From Phoronis australis (lineage: Eukaryota > Animalia > Phoronida): a DNA stretch of 64,000 bases. The position numbers and the translations under genes are program-made. Positions 39,099 through 52,442 of the stretch are shown here, one piece after another (position 1 is the stretch's first letter; every line of letters begins with the position of its first letter). The notes beneath the pieces were generated by a model, which worked only from the letters and a program-made list of their open reading frames with translations, made no database searches and had not been told where the DNA came from. The stretch covers positions 113,964 to 177,963 of the forward strand of contig NMRA01000483.1 in assembly GCA_002633005.1 (NCBI GenBank), given 5' to 3'.

Positions 39099-39681
39099 GG
39101 TTATGCTGAACCTTATCAACATGTCTGTGTATTTACTAGCCAAATATCTACAAAACTGTAAATTTCAACCCAGTAAAGTTTATATCTGATTCTGAAAGTA
39201 GAAGACCTGAAGAATTTGATTTTTGACTTAATCAATCTGCCATGAACATGGTCATATGACCATTGTTTTTAGTAAATTACAGGTGCAAAAAAAAGAAACT
39301 TAAGGTACACAGATAGCAAAACAACTTTACAATTTATTTATTATAACTGTTAGTAGCAATAACATTGATCAAAATTTTTTTGACATAAATTTAAAGATGA
39401 ACTCTCAAAAATGCTGTGGACAGTTTTCTAAATTCATTATGTCGTTCGTTTTCGTTTTATGCAACCTCCCAGTTTTTTTCATGAAAATCATAAAAAGTCC
39501 TTCTTTGATAATCTCTCATGCACAAATGGAACATTTTAAAAACAACTCCTACCAAAGTTTTGGAAAACAGTGCTTAAAGCAAAGTATCTGAAAGTTTCAT
39601 ACGAATCCGATCTACCATTTCTGAGATACGATATTCCAAAATAAGCCAAATTTCACTACTTTTCTATGGTCCTGCATAACC
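39099..39681. mobile_element. TTAA-flanked MITE (Kolobok-like, GG end)
   Basis: TTAA|GGTTATGCTGAACC ... GGTCCTGCATAACC|TTAA. Confidence 0.7.
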
Positions 39682-40474
39682 TTAAGTCAATAGTTTCATG
39701 TAATATAGAATAGTCTGTGAAAGCTGAAAACTGACGCGTTCGTGACACATCCTAGTCATAGCCTTCTGTATCAGGGCTCATAAAAATTTGTCAAACATTA
39801 TGACAAATGAATGTGAATAATCAACGTTCAAAATCCTAAAAAACCAAAACAGCTCACAAGTTGTGGAATCTGTCCAAAAATCATCTGTGGTCAGTTGTAT
39901 GAAACAGTCCCAATATGGACTCCGAAATGTTCTCTAGATTTTCAGCGTATTCATAGATTTTATTTACTCACTAAATTTGTTTTCTATCACTTTTTAATTG
40001 GTGTGATCACCTCTTTTACCTGAAGTTGTGTATTCTAGGATCCTACAAAAATACCCTGAAAAGTTCAAAATGTTGCATAAAATGAAAACGAAATGATAAC
40101 TTAGAAAACTGTAACAGACAGTGAGTGTGAATTATGAAGTTACAGAGGGCTGAGGTAACCATAAAAAATTGCCTGCAAGAATTTAGGGGCTACAGTTGCA
40201 AATAACGAATGCTTGGACAGAGATGACGGCAAGTTGCACCCACATATAAATACATGGGCACAAGAAAATCAAATTCTACTTTCAGAAAATACTTTTAATG
40301 ACTAAAAATCTATCAGTTAATGATGTTTGGATACAGATTTGCTAACAAGGTCCTATATAACCTAAATCGTTTTCTAATTTGATTAACACCATGTCCTGAA
40401 AACTAAGAACTTGGAGAGAAATTAGCAATTATATCTAATTCTTACAGACTGAGTATTCTTAATTTACGACTTAC

Positions 40475-40620
40475 TTATCCATGCTGAGTTTTACCAGTGT
40501 GTCCACATCTGACTTGGTCAGGACACTCGCCAACACCAGTCTCTCCAAACCTCTCATGATGAGTACATACACATTAAGTGTGGTGATCTCTTCACTTGAG
40601 GATGCCATGCCAGTAGCCAG
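40475..40620 (-). CDS. HTT: HTT exon
   Basis: LATGMASSSEE...MRGLERLVLASVL...TLVKLSMD. Confidence 0.93.
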
Positions 40621-41405
40621 CTGTGAACATAAAGAGGTGAAATGGAAAACAGCACCAGTCCTGGATTTTTTCATCTGGTTCCTTTTATTTAGAGACTAGG
40701 CCCAGAGATGGGCTTTGGTAATGCTGGAATGACTTCAGAACCGTAGTTTGCAGCTAAAATGAGCGTGATACTGCTTATAGCTCTTGACAAGACAAGATTT
40801 ATTTACATTACAGATATCCAAGAAGTTCCATTTGGAGCTGTTGAACCGAGGTTCCGACAATCAAAAGTTTTGGGCGGATTTAACTCATTCGTAGTTCTTG
40901 CGATACTAAGACGCTACATTTTTGTGTTCTATTAAGTTCATGTCAATCAGACATCAAATGAGATTTATATCACGACAATGGTAGAAAATGTCTAAAACAA
41001 CCCAACATGTTATTTGTACCAGAAGACATCTTCTGCAAGCCAGAGACATTAGGTATGCCTCAGGGACAAAGTACTAACTAAAATTCAGTAAATCTCAAGA
41101 ACAGTACATTGCTGCAAAAATGCAAGCATGACCTCATAGCTTCTACATACCAAATTTCAAGCTAAATATTTCAAAGTAATGTGGAGCTATGGCTCCAGAA
41201 AGCAAAAGAAAATGTCCATCATAGAGCCACCTTAGAATTGATCTCAACCAAAGAAAATTATATAATCTATAGTTCTTTTAAGAACTTACTATAAATCTCT
41301 TAATATCCTAAAACATATTGAAGAATCACATTGTGTTCGAATTTCACATCAATCTGCCAAAAGTGCAGCCTACAACAGGATTCAATTAACATGAAAGCTA
41401 AAAAT

Positions 41406-42003
41406 CAGGGCTTGGAATGACCAATGATAAAAAACGCGGAAACTTTTATGGCCCAAAACATGCGCGCTACCCAGCCTTGCAATAGTCGACAAAAATCGGT
41501 AGGACCTAGAAAAAAAAACGTTACCACCATCAGTAGCATGCGTCTGCGTCTTTTTATCTCGTCCATCCACTCCTCCACTCCCACCCCCACACATTTTTGG
41601 CTGCAGGGCCATAGTATTTGTCACCGCGGTTTACAATCACACGAGACGCCATTGAAAATCCCACCACGCTATCCCAGATGCCCCGGCAATGTTGACAATT
41701 TACGGTAAAGTCGCGTGATTTTTGGACACTGAAAATTAATTCCAATAGAAAAAATTCATTCTTGGACGAATCTCGCGAAACATCATTTCTGTGGTGTCCA
41801 AATTTGGCGGTTCCTCCGAAACATAAAGAGCAACTTCCGCTTTTTGAGGTGAACGTCGTCGGCAACGCCGCGGTAAGAAAGGAATTTGCCGCAGAAATTT
41901 TATATCAAATCCGATTTTTTTACGCGGAAATATAATAAAATGCGCGGACACAACATTTGAAAAAAGTGGAAATCTGCGTTTCCGCGGAAAATTCCAAGCC
42001 CTG
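41406..42003. mobile_element. hAT-like MITE with apparent 6-bp TSD
   Basis: 13-bp TIR CAGGGCTTGGAAT / ATTCCAAGCCCTG; AAAAAT on both flanks; subterminal CGCGG repeats. Confidence 0.75.
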
Positions 42004-42381
42004 AAAAATGATTAGTCAATAAAGGAACATCTGTCAAAAATCCAGACTCCTGACAATTATCTTTTTTATATTATCACATCTGTGCCAATTACAACACACG
42101 TAGAAAAGTTCCTATCGTTTCATGATTTTTACTTCCCCCTGGTAGCGACTCATACCATGGTGGTGGCCATATGTAAAATCCAAGACAGCGACTATACCAG
42201 AGGTCATGTTTTTTGAAAAGAGCACAGAAAATTACACTCGTCTGGTGGTCAAACATCCACACTTTCTTCAAAAAAGTGAATGACTTTATTTTTTTCAATT
42301 GACTACACCATGGTAGCAATATGTTCATGCTACAGTAATGAACTAAGGTGAGGCACCAGCTGTCACCAACTCAATCCCAAC

Positions 42382-42496
42382 CTGCAGGAGGCGACCTTGT
42401 TGGTCACTATCCTCCAGCTCCTCCTGGAAGTTCTCCATAATGTAGAAAGTCACTGCCCACAGCAACATCAGGTGCTGTTCAACATTGATAGATGTG
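42382..42496 (-). CDS. HTT: HTT exon
   Basis: TSINVEQHLMLLWAVTFYIMENFQEE...LLQ. Confidence 0.9.
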
Positions 42497-43092
42497 CTGA
42501 AAGTACAATTGAGCTGCTCAAAACATTGCATACATGCATCTGAACACTTAAAATGACCTGCAATTCACAACAGACAATTTTCCGAGGTTTCTAACTTGAA
42601 TTTAGGGTACAAGTTTTCGTCAACAGAGAGTCATAGACACTAAACCTTGAATTCATGTCAATGTAGAACATAAAACATCAAAAACAATTTTGAATTTCGA
42701 GATTGGAGATTAGACCCTGTGCCCAGAACATGCTGTGGATTCAAAAGTTAGTTTCTTTGACAGAATGTAGCTTCAAGGTTGCTATAAACATGCATTCCAT
42801 CAAAGAAACAGTTCTGGCCATAAAACTGATCTCAACTTACTTTAAACTGAGATGAGAAGTGGTTTCAGTGTTCGGAGAAAACTGACAGTTCATAACTGCT
42901 CGAGACTATAGTCCCACACAAAATGATCTGGTGTGACAAGCCAACTTCAAAGTCTGGTTTCAAACAACAATAAACTATGAGCACTTTCAACAGTCTGACC
43001 CTTAATTTGACAAAGGAAAATTTTGAAACCAATTTTAAAATTTAAGTGGTCTAAATAAAAACTTAGTTTTTGCGACGAAAGGCATGTCTAAA

Positions 43093-43265
43093 ACTGGTTA
43101 AACCAAGACAATCTGAAAGACAAGTCTTACTGGTTAAACCAAGGCAATGTGAAAGGCAATTCCATAACTGCTTGAAACAAGGCAAAGTGAAAGGCAAGTC
43201 TATGCTTAAATCAAGACAGTGTGAAAGGCAAGTCTTACTGCTTAAACTGAGACAATGTGAAAGAA
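43093..43265. repeat. ~36-bp minisatellite x5
   Basis: Unit actggttaaaccaagrcaatstgaaagrcaagtctt; explains the repetitive ORF 43070..43270. Confidence 0.85.
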
Positions 43266-43302
43266 ATTGATGAATTTAACAAATGAAATTCCTAAGGCTT
43301 AC

Positions 43303-43490
43303 TGAGACACAGCACTGATGTGCTTCAACAGGTACTCAGTCAGGATAGGAATTAGCAACTTGGTAGCATCGTTGATTCCAGACTCCAGAAGATAAAGAGA
43401 TCCCCACAAGGTGAAAGTTCGTGTTGGCAGATGAGCACTTCTAAGGTTGGCCTCAACCAGCTTGCATATTCTCTCTGCCATGGCCATGTC
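43303..43490 (-). CDS. HTT: HTT exon
   Basis: DMAMAERICKLVEANLRSAHLPTR...LYLLE...LLIPILTEYLL. Confidence 0.93.
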
Positions 43491-43959
43491 CTTTTTGAAT
43501 AGGAAAAAAAACAAAATGTATTTCAGGTTCAATCGTGCTTATTGTGTACATCCACCAGGTCAAAATGCTGCTGCCATGAAACTCAAAACCATCGAAGACT
43601 AGCTGAAAATGAAAATGGAGTCAATTACAGTAACAAGAAGAAACTGTTAAGTGAGTGGATTGGTGACCAGGGAGCTAAATGGCCTGAAAAGTGACAGAAT
43701 GTCTTCAAAATAGTCACATGACCACTTCTCCAAATCCTTTTCCATTAAGTTGGTGTTTTTTCAGTTTGCACACACATACGAGTATCAAAATACCTTCTGT
43801 CACAAACGAATATGTTGATTAAGATCCCCAAGCTTACACGTATCAATGATACATAACTTTAATCTATTAAGCATGTTCCTTACGTAGTCCATATAATGCA
43901 AATAAACTGTTACATAGTATTACATATTACACTGAGAAAATGACACAAGTAGACAACTG

Positions 43960-44460
43960 ACAAAGCCATAGACGAAGATGAGAGCCGTCTCAACCAGGAA
44001 CAGCTAGTAGGCCCCGTGAGTAAAGGCCGGAAGGGTATTGGATTCGGTGCTAGCTCAAGAAACGATCTGAGATCCAAGAGTCTACAAGACTCCATCACAT
44101 CTAAAGTGAGGACATCTGATGAAGATGCGTAACGTAACCAGAACTAAGAAGATGGGCCAACAAGGCACATGGACTAAATGGGAGAACATGATATAATTTG
44201 TGGAAGATGACACCCCTGTGAGTGAAGTTTCTCATGTATTACCTAAACCAAATAGCCGGAGTATTTGAGGAGTATCAGATGTTGCAAGGTGCCAGTAGTG
44301 CAGCTTAGAGCACATACACACACCTTGCCTTAGCAACAGGGCGATACATGTGAAGCCAGACCCAAGTACTCAAGGTAACAGCGAAGCATTACTATAGTAA
44401 ATCAAGACTGAAGAGACAGAAACATCAGTTCATCAATTTCAGAACAGCCAGGGATCAAGT
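43960..44460 (+). mobile_element. Degenerate HERO/R2-group non-LTR retrotransposon remnant
   Basis: AIDEDESRLNQEQLVGPVSKGRKGIGF, QQGTWTKWE, CSLEHI, ALATGRYM*..QVL: order matches the post-RT region of RLE-bearing elements. Confidence 0.65.
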
Positions 44461-44635
44461 GCAGCGGCAAATGAAGACGCTAACCCAGGGGATTATCAAT
44501 ACTACAGATGATCGGAAGATGGTTGCAGACATATGGTGTCAAGTTACCTACTACATGAAAGAAAATACATTGCCGCAAGGCAAAAACACCACTTTCCCAC
44601 AGTATCAGAGATAGCTCCAACTGAGCACAACTTAC

Positions 44636-44791
44636 CATTCCAACAACAGCTGCTGCCTTACACATCCCAACTACCATGTACTGACCAAGGATCTCATCTT
44701 CCAATGGATGAACTCGTTGCACCTCAGCCAACGTCTCCAGCATCCAGTCAAATTGATGTTTCTCAGTGAACAAGTCAGACAGTGTAACAAT
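44636..44791 (-). CDS. HTT: HTT exon
   Basis: [14 protein letters not shown]...[27 protein letters not shown]. Confidence 0.96.
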
Positions 44792-45009
44792 CTGTAAAGA
44801 ATACAATATAATTACTAATCCGTTACCTTAACAATGCACTAACTGCACAGTTATAATCGGTCCTGCTCCTGTAAGAAACCACCGTACTTGTCCAACTTAA
44901 CCCCTCAGTTTAGGTGAAGCACCACCCCTCTGAAATTTCCAAATGTTCACTTTGCACATTCTTGGCTTACCGAGAGATGTAAATCAATGGTTCTTTTGGT
45001 TCTTATTAT

Positions 45010-45232
45010 TGCAGGCGGTCTGGTGCACCTTGTACCAGACATGCGCAGGCCGCGCATGTGGGCTCATTACACTGATCACCTGGAACTATTTTGGTGCTTT
45101 ATCAATATATTGTTAAAACCGAGCTGAGGAGTTAGAAACCTGACTCAAGGGTGTACCAGACTGTGTGGCCCAGTGGGATTTGAACCCACGACATTGAGTA
45201 AAGAAGGCGGGTACCTACCACACCTGCCTCCT
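45010..45232 (-). mobile_element. tRNA-derived SINE copy 2
   Basis: B-box GGTTCAAATCCC on minus strand; homologous to 4604-4830. Confidence 0.7.
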
Positions 45233-45711
45233 CTCTTTTGGTCCTTACTCATTCATACATTATCAAGGTAGGATGCAAACATGGTGAATACTTTAACGTA
45301 CTAAGCAAATAAACCTCCTGGTCAACGACCACTGACTTATCATTTTTGTTTGTTTTAAACTCTCATTCTTGGCTTAGCAACCTTATGGATGAAGAAAAAT
45401 GACTGCAACTGGATGTTTCTTTGCATATTCACCCCAGACACCGGTGACAATAATGACACACCCACATCAATCATGAAGACGCAAACATTGATGATGTCAC
45501 CGAGTGAAACCATCACCAAAGCAAATGATTTCTGAAAGATCTGTCAGAGGTGCCAGAGATGCAAAACAAAAAATCAATGGATGAAGACACTCCTCAGGAA
45601 ATCAATGAATGAAGAGAGATTTCCCGAAGTAACCAAATGTGGAATGAGTACGTAACATATGTAGCAATAACAGTACATCAAGATGCAGTTTATTATACAA
45701 CGGACACTCAC

Positions 45712-45957
45712 CGATTTAACTGTCTCATTAACTTGCATCAACACTGACTTGGTAATATTGCAAGAGAGCCACTGACTGTAGAGATCCAGCAGGAACTGTA
45801 GACACGAGTAAAGGTCGAGTCCACTCAATGACGATGACCTCTCACGCGCCTCAACGCCTAGTGTGATTGGCTGAATGGGTTGGTCATCAAGCTTCTCAGA
45901 ATTTTGCAAGTTCACATCTAGCATGCCCACCACGGACCAGATGGACTCGGTGGACAT
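45712..45957 (-). CDS. HTT: HTT exon
   Basis: MSTESIW...GLDLYSCLQFLLDLYSQWL...NETVKS. Confidence 0.93.
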
Positions 45958-46130
45958 CTGGTGAAGGCAAGTTGAAAAAAAAAATAATCAGTAAACCATA
46001 TCATCTTCATGCATTGCTAAGACTATGTAGATGAATCATGATTCATGATTAAGCAACAAAGGTTGACTATTCTAACGAGGACACAAAATAGTCACCTCTG
46101 GTCAGTTGTATAATTGTCAGTTACTCTTAA

Positions 46131-48311
46131 GGTTATCTACTATGACCTTAATAAATGACCTCAACTCTAAGTCAAATATTAAAAAAAGCCTTGTCAACCA
46201 TTAAAAGTATATTATATAATTATATTCTGAAAGGAGAAATATCAAGGATTCTTAATATGCTTCTTAATACAGCTGAGTCTTTATTACTGTCACGTGACTA
46301 AAGTATGTTTTTGAATGCAAGAAAGATACATTCATAGCAAAATAATACCCAAGCTGGTTTTACTAAAACTTTAAAAGGGAACTGTAATTTATTCTGAATA
46401 AATTCTGGATAGTTTTCTATGAATTGTTGATCAATTTCACAAATAATTCAACACCAAAAATTAAACTTATATTCTCTAACGAAGCTAAAAAAATTACCGG
46501 CTTGGAGCACTGCTTAGTCTCGTGACGTATTTGGCGGGGGCAAAGTCACTGTCCTGTGTTAGCGTGCAATCAAGTAGCGTTTTTCATATTGTCGGAATAA
46601 GAAATTTTAGTGTGAAATGTCGGGTCACCAGGGATACCTGTTTGAGCCGAGTCATCGTCATCGTCAGACGAAAATTTGCCGGTGCAACTGGTGTCAGTGA
46701 CTGTACCGAGGGCAATGTGGACTCTAGCCATCCAGTCAGCCAGCTGTCAGCCAATACTCCGGCAGCTCTGTAAACTTGAAGGGTTGGTAAGTTACCTACT
46801 ATAGCTGTATGAAGACTATCGTACCACTGTGTGTTGAGCTCCGTTAACCCCGAAATTTCAGACAACCGTTGACTACCCGGGTATAGTTGACTCAGTTATG
46901 CTCGTCACCTCGTAGTAAAACTTAGGCTACATCAACATATAAAGCTAACGGACCGGCGGGGGCGCATGCAAAATCTGGTATAGTCACCCGACACTCCCAT
47001 TGTTCGTTGCAGCCGTTTAAATGGAAAACAATCAAATAAACGTCATTTGGTAGCATAATTTGCCGCCTTTTTAACAAAGAAGTGTGTCGTCCGTTTCAAG
47101 AACAGCACGCTCGTGACACGGCGCACGCGCCATTTCATAAAAATTTGAGACGTCTTTCGGGACATGATAACAGCTTCGCAGCACCAAGGTTGTTCTAAAA
47201 TTCGGTTTGCTGATGTAAAAATACTAAAAACTTGAAACAAAATGAAACAAGCTCCGATAATTTGTTATAACATGTACGCAACCTAGGTACCGTCAGCGAC
47301 GAACACTTGATAAAAGAATCAGGGGGAAAAGAAACTGGTAAAGGTCAGGTGACGTAATCGCAAAAAGCCGAGAACACATCACAATTTTACTAGCAGCAGC
47401 CGATGAACGATCGCTAACATTTCCAACACCGGTAAATACAGAAGTTAGTTTACTCTAGGAACCTGGTTCCTAGGTTTACTCAAGGATGACTTAGTTTTAA
47501 TGACATTTATTGAGTCAGATTTTATTTGTACATTTTTACCCATATCGGCTAAAACCTGTAGGCCCATATCTACACTGAGCTTTGGGCCAAGGCTTGGGTA
47601 ACCCGGCGATGGTATGCGATGACCATCCCTTTAGAAGACGCCTTTTTCGAAGAGTTTGAGCAACCAGGTGCCATACAAAAAGGCATAGCGAACCTTTTAC
47701 AGCACTGTGGCAAACAATAAAAAATAAGGACGATTGATACAATGATAAATTACGATGTAAACTCTTCAAATATGACATAAGCAATGAATGTGTAAAGCAG
47801 CCGATACCCCGCCGTTCACGTCACTGACGCATCAGCCAATCAGCGATCGCTTTCAGAATTCAGTGTTTTGACCATGAATTCGAATTGGCTTTAGTTTGGC
47901 ACGCAAGTCAGGCAAATGTGAGTTTTATTTGTATGTTAGAACCGATTAACTGCAACATCATTTTGACTACAGTCCCCTTTTAAATTTTGAGAAATGAAAA
48001 CTTTACGTTATGTCTAAAAAACGCTGTTCAGAATAGCTCAGGTTGTGTGCCAAATTAAAACAAAATACTAACAGCGTGTATTCAAAGTTTTATTGAAATT
48101 GGCTAGGGGGGTTATTTTGCTATGAACGCACCTTTCTTGCACATGAAAATTTGACATGGTCACGTTACAATAATAAAGCCAGTGTAAGAAGCATATTTTA
48201 AAATCCTCAATCTTTCTCTCTCTAAAAAGATCTACTTTATTGATTGACAAAGCACAGTTTTTTCGATATTTGACTTGTAGTTGAGGTCATTTATTAAGGT
48301 CCTAGATAACC
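46131..48311. mobile_element. Outer TTAA-flanked element, ~45-bp TIR
   Basis: TTAA|GGTTATCTA..GACCTTAATAAATGACCTCAACT..AAGTCAAATAT and its reverse complement ending at 48311|TTAA. Confidence 0.85.
46375..47979. mobile_element. Inner Kolobok-like derivative with THAP and KolX-like remnants
   Basis: TTAA|AAGGGAACTGTA ... TACAGTCCCCTT|TTAA. Minus 47606-47686 reads MPFCMAPGCSNSSKKASSKGMVIAYHR; plus 46632-46649 reads GYLFEP, followed by CRCNWC. Confidence 0.75.
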
Positions 48312-49510
48312 TTAAAACCATGTTGATGCTGCTTAGCAACAGCAGATCAAATAAATGATAGTTCTCTGCATATATTGCATTTGTGTTAACTTAGTTTCAA
48401 TTAAATGCGCAGCACTGTTGGATAACACAGTTCTAGCATGAACGCATCATCACGTATGTATGATGAACATGGATGATTACACGGCGATGACATTACTTGA
48501 TGTTACATTATCTCAAAGACATGAAAAAAAGAGAAAATCAAAATTAAATTTCACTTCTTTGCCATGCTGTGTCCTAAACTGGTGACATTTTACTGTAAAT
48601 TCAGGACATATATTTGGCAGCGGGTATTTTTAGACTGAGTCAAATAAAAAATAGAATACATGCAAGAATAGAAAAAAGAACATAACACCTCCGACAAAAG
48701 TAACATTTATAGGCATTGTATTAGCAACAACCACCAAACCAATTCAGTTAGTATTATTTGTAAAGAACCTGCAACAGAATTACAGTACATCAATGAGTTA
48801 TTGGCCAGCGTCTACTAATTCTCTCAATAACATGCAGAGCCCAGTGACCCACATGAATGTGACTTGAATGGCAATCAACACTGTCTTGTTGTCCCAGAGA
48901 CTGTACACTATCCTGATGATGGCTTATGAATAGATGAAACGTTGTCTTAATGAGTTAACAAGTCGTGAACTTTTTTTATTTTGTGCTGTGATTGTCCATT
49001 ATCTAATCGTACTATGGCCAAAAAATGATGTAATTCATAGAAGAGGCAAGCCCATCAAGCATTATTTAGCAATCAAAATCTGAAGGGATCTCTATGACGG
49101 GTCCAATCGTGGATACATGGGGCTGGCAGTACCTATATCCTTAGTCATGATGATGACAAACAATTCAGCTTTTAAAAGACCCTGCCATTCATTATTTTCA
49201 GGCTTAGGAAAGATAGCCTAGGACATGCACTAGTGAATTGCAGTAAGTTTCAGCTGCACATTTTGCAAATGAAAGTTTAGAGTAATTTAATTGGCATAAG
49301 CCTCCTAAGGCGTATCCATTGCTTTTGCTGGCAAATGATCTTGTATGATCCATTTTAAAACCAGATGACACTCCAATCCACATTGAACAAAATAATGCAC
49401 CATCCGCAATCCTCATGACGCATCTAGGAGTTCATTAATCTATGGCCTCACCTTTCAAAATCTAGGTGATTTTTATCAATAAAAAAGAGCTAAATTAGTC
49501 ATGACTGTAC

Positions 49511-49601
49511 CTGTCCGAGTGTGTAGTTGAGACAACAGAGTTCCTTTTCAGGGTTTCCACAGAACACACTGCTCGCCCGGATGTGTGACACATCAGCAGG
49601 A
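49511..49601 (-). CDS. HTT: HTT exon
   Basis: PADVSHIRASSVFCGNPEKELCCLNYTLGQ (cf. NPERELGSMSYKLGQ); phases fit. Confidence 0.9.
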
Positions 49602-50845
49602 CTGTAACATTCAGCAAGTCATGTAGTGACTCGTGGAAACAAATACATTATAGTTTTGGCTAGACAGTTGAACTGTAGGTCTAATCTCAGCTGAACCCAA
49701 ACTGAGACACTGTCTCATCTAAATCAAAGCCAGGCACTCAGCAATTGGTATCCCATAAGGCAAAAAGTGTGCTTTCCTTGCCATTACATACAATATAATC
49801 AGTATTCTATTCTCCATGTTTCAAAAATAACAGTGCTCTACTTCTTGATAAAAAAACTCTATTGGCTCACTAATTTTGTTAATAGACTTACTGCATAATG
49901 ATCCCAGAACAACATAGCATAACAGGTGATCTGTGTTAACACCTAGTGACACCAACAGGAAAACTAATGACAAGCTCAAAAGAAAACAGCAAATATTTCC
50001 ATATATCCAAAGTGTATAGATTACCTCAATTCTTATTGAAAAATAGTAATTATATGCAACGTATGATTCAATAATTTGTCAGTAACTAATTTATCTGACA
50101 ATTACACACAGTCCAACATTTGGATTTAAACTACATTGGTGAAAAATGTAACACAAAATAGAAAATAAAGGGTTCAATTATCTTCATAACATACTAAAGA
50201 TTGAAAGGTTTTGAGCAATCAGAGCGACACCGAAAGAGTTAAATTTCATGGAAACCAATCACATTTTAAGGGCTGAAGCGACGACAAGCTACTAATCTGC
50301 CCAGCCTCCAGACATGAGCCCACACCATAACACAGCCAGTCTAGGAGAGATCATGGAAAAATCTGCTAAAATAACAGGCAAACTTATATATCGAAGACAC
50401 TCCAACCACTTTCCTGAACACAATTCCAAGAAAGACGTCAGAGTCTGCATTTAATTATGCCAGATCCCCCTGAAACTCAAGGACAATTGTCCAAGCATGC
50501 AGTTATACGCAGGATGGTAACAACTTCCAAACTGCGACGATCCTTCAAGGGCTGTAGGATATGATTTATTTATGTCAGTCTTTGTGAAAGTGCCTGGATG
50601 TTCCCATGAAAGAGTCGTAGCATTAAGACTGTTGGTTGTTTCATCATATTCATATTATAAAGTAAGTGAAGAAACATAATTTTGAATTTTGTCCATTTTG
50701 TCCTTTTGCAACGCCAATTTCAAAAGCATACACAAGCAATTTGTCTCAAAACCTTTGCTTCCCATAGCACACATTTCGTACACTGTCAGTGAAATAAATG
50801 TGATCCCTGATGTGTTACAGCAGATTGGAGTCTGACTCTGCTTAC

Positions 50846-51069
50846 CTTGACTCCGACACAGACTTAACAATCTCAGTCTCCAAGAAACTCCTGAGAGTCA
50901 ACAGCTTCTGGCCACACTGAGTGTTAAAGAACGTCAAAGGCTTGTCCCGGGGATGGTGTTCGTACTCACAGCAAGGATTCCCCGGGTTGGGGGTAAGTGT
51001 GGACTGGAGCAGAAGAGCAGTAATGCAACGGAGTGCTAGCACAGTGCATTGGCTGCGGTGAATGTCCTC
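50846..51069 (-). CDS. HTT: HTT exon
   Basis: EDIHRSQCTVLALRCITALLL...PGNP...HHPRDKPL...GQKLLTLR. Confidence 0.93.
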
Positions 51070-52068
51070 CTAATGGAAAATAAACCCAGAAGCTATTGAC
51101 CATAATTAGGTTTAAGTCAATGGACTGAGTAAAAGTTTTATTACACCTATCAACAACATTCATCAAGTAGAAACGATCACTCCATAGATAGAAAAGAGAA
51201 CACATTAATAAGAAATTTTAATCACTGTACAAACAAAAAACAAGTAATCAGACAAAATACCATTTCCCATCATGAAGGCTAAGTAATGTCAACAGCAAAA
51301 GTTACTGGAAATGACTTTCATGTCAACAAAATTCTATAGAAAGGTTAAGCCACCATTGCAGCTTTCCTGTTAAATTCTTCATTCAACTGATGAATTCCGC
51401 CACTGTCCAGTCATCATGGCGGGGTATTCTGTGTCATTTTGTCTAAATATTTTTTACAGACAGTGCACTGTTGCTCAGTTCAGTGGTAGAATGTTTCCTT
51501 CTTAAAACAGCATCTAGGAAACATGATTTGAATTCTGAGGAAGCAATGACCACCAGGATAGGTCAGTGTCTTACGCATGGACAAGTGTCGGCAATATGTG
51601 TTCACAATGCAGCTTACCTGGAAGTCTTGTGCCATGTAATGTGATGTGAACATTCTGTTACGATATTTTGTTTTCAGTCTACTATACTGTACATGATGAT
51701 GATATTTGATTAATATCAAAACGTCGTTTTCATGCTACTCTAGCTTCGCTTTTGTTTTCCACTGGCAAATCATATTACGAATATCTCCATGATAGCAAGT
51801 AGCAGCATAATTATGTTGATAACAGTGGTATCAGCAACGCTCTTTCAATGATTTTGCTATAATAGGCTGACCAAAAACAACAAAGGTCTGGAGCTTTAAA
51901 TGGGTGAGGCTCTACACATCATTTGATGCAAGCCCAATCTCAATAGGCAACTGGCAGACCACAGGTTGCTATTGTTAGTCTAGTTTATTGTCACTCCCTG
52001 TAACTGACTGTATCTGTGTTTTATCACTTGTTGCTGGGCCTAACTAGGTGGCCACTATGTTCTCTCTT

Positions 52069-52113
52069 CTTCTGATGATGGTGTTTAAATAAACGACACC
52101 GAAACATGTCAAG
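52069..52113 (+). ncRNA. Minimal type I hammerhead ribozyme motif (Penelope-type)
   Basis: CTT-CTGATGA-T-GGTGT-loop-ACACC-GAAA-CATGTC^AAG: intact core, stem II, palindromic ACATGT stem III, CTT/AAG stem I. Confidence 0.65.
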
Positions 52114-52442
52114 CCATTTTAAATCTGTTGCTGTTTTTATTAATATTATGAATTAGTCAAAGAAAATGCCAAAATTTTGCTAACTTCAGAAAATCGTGAC
52201 TCAGACATGGCTATTAACCAAATTCAAATAAAACTTTCAAAGAACGTTTATTGTTTTTTTTTTCACTATTCTGGCTATTTGAATTCAAACAGAACTTTTT
52301 ATATACTGTTCTACAAAACATCATTTACTTATTTAAGTCAAAACTAGAGTATTGTCTTCTTAGATCAGGACAGACTTTCTTGTCAACTAGATACTGTAAT
52401 TTTTAATGAGACTATCACATAATGAAATTCGACTACACATAC

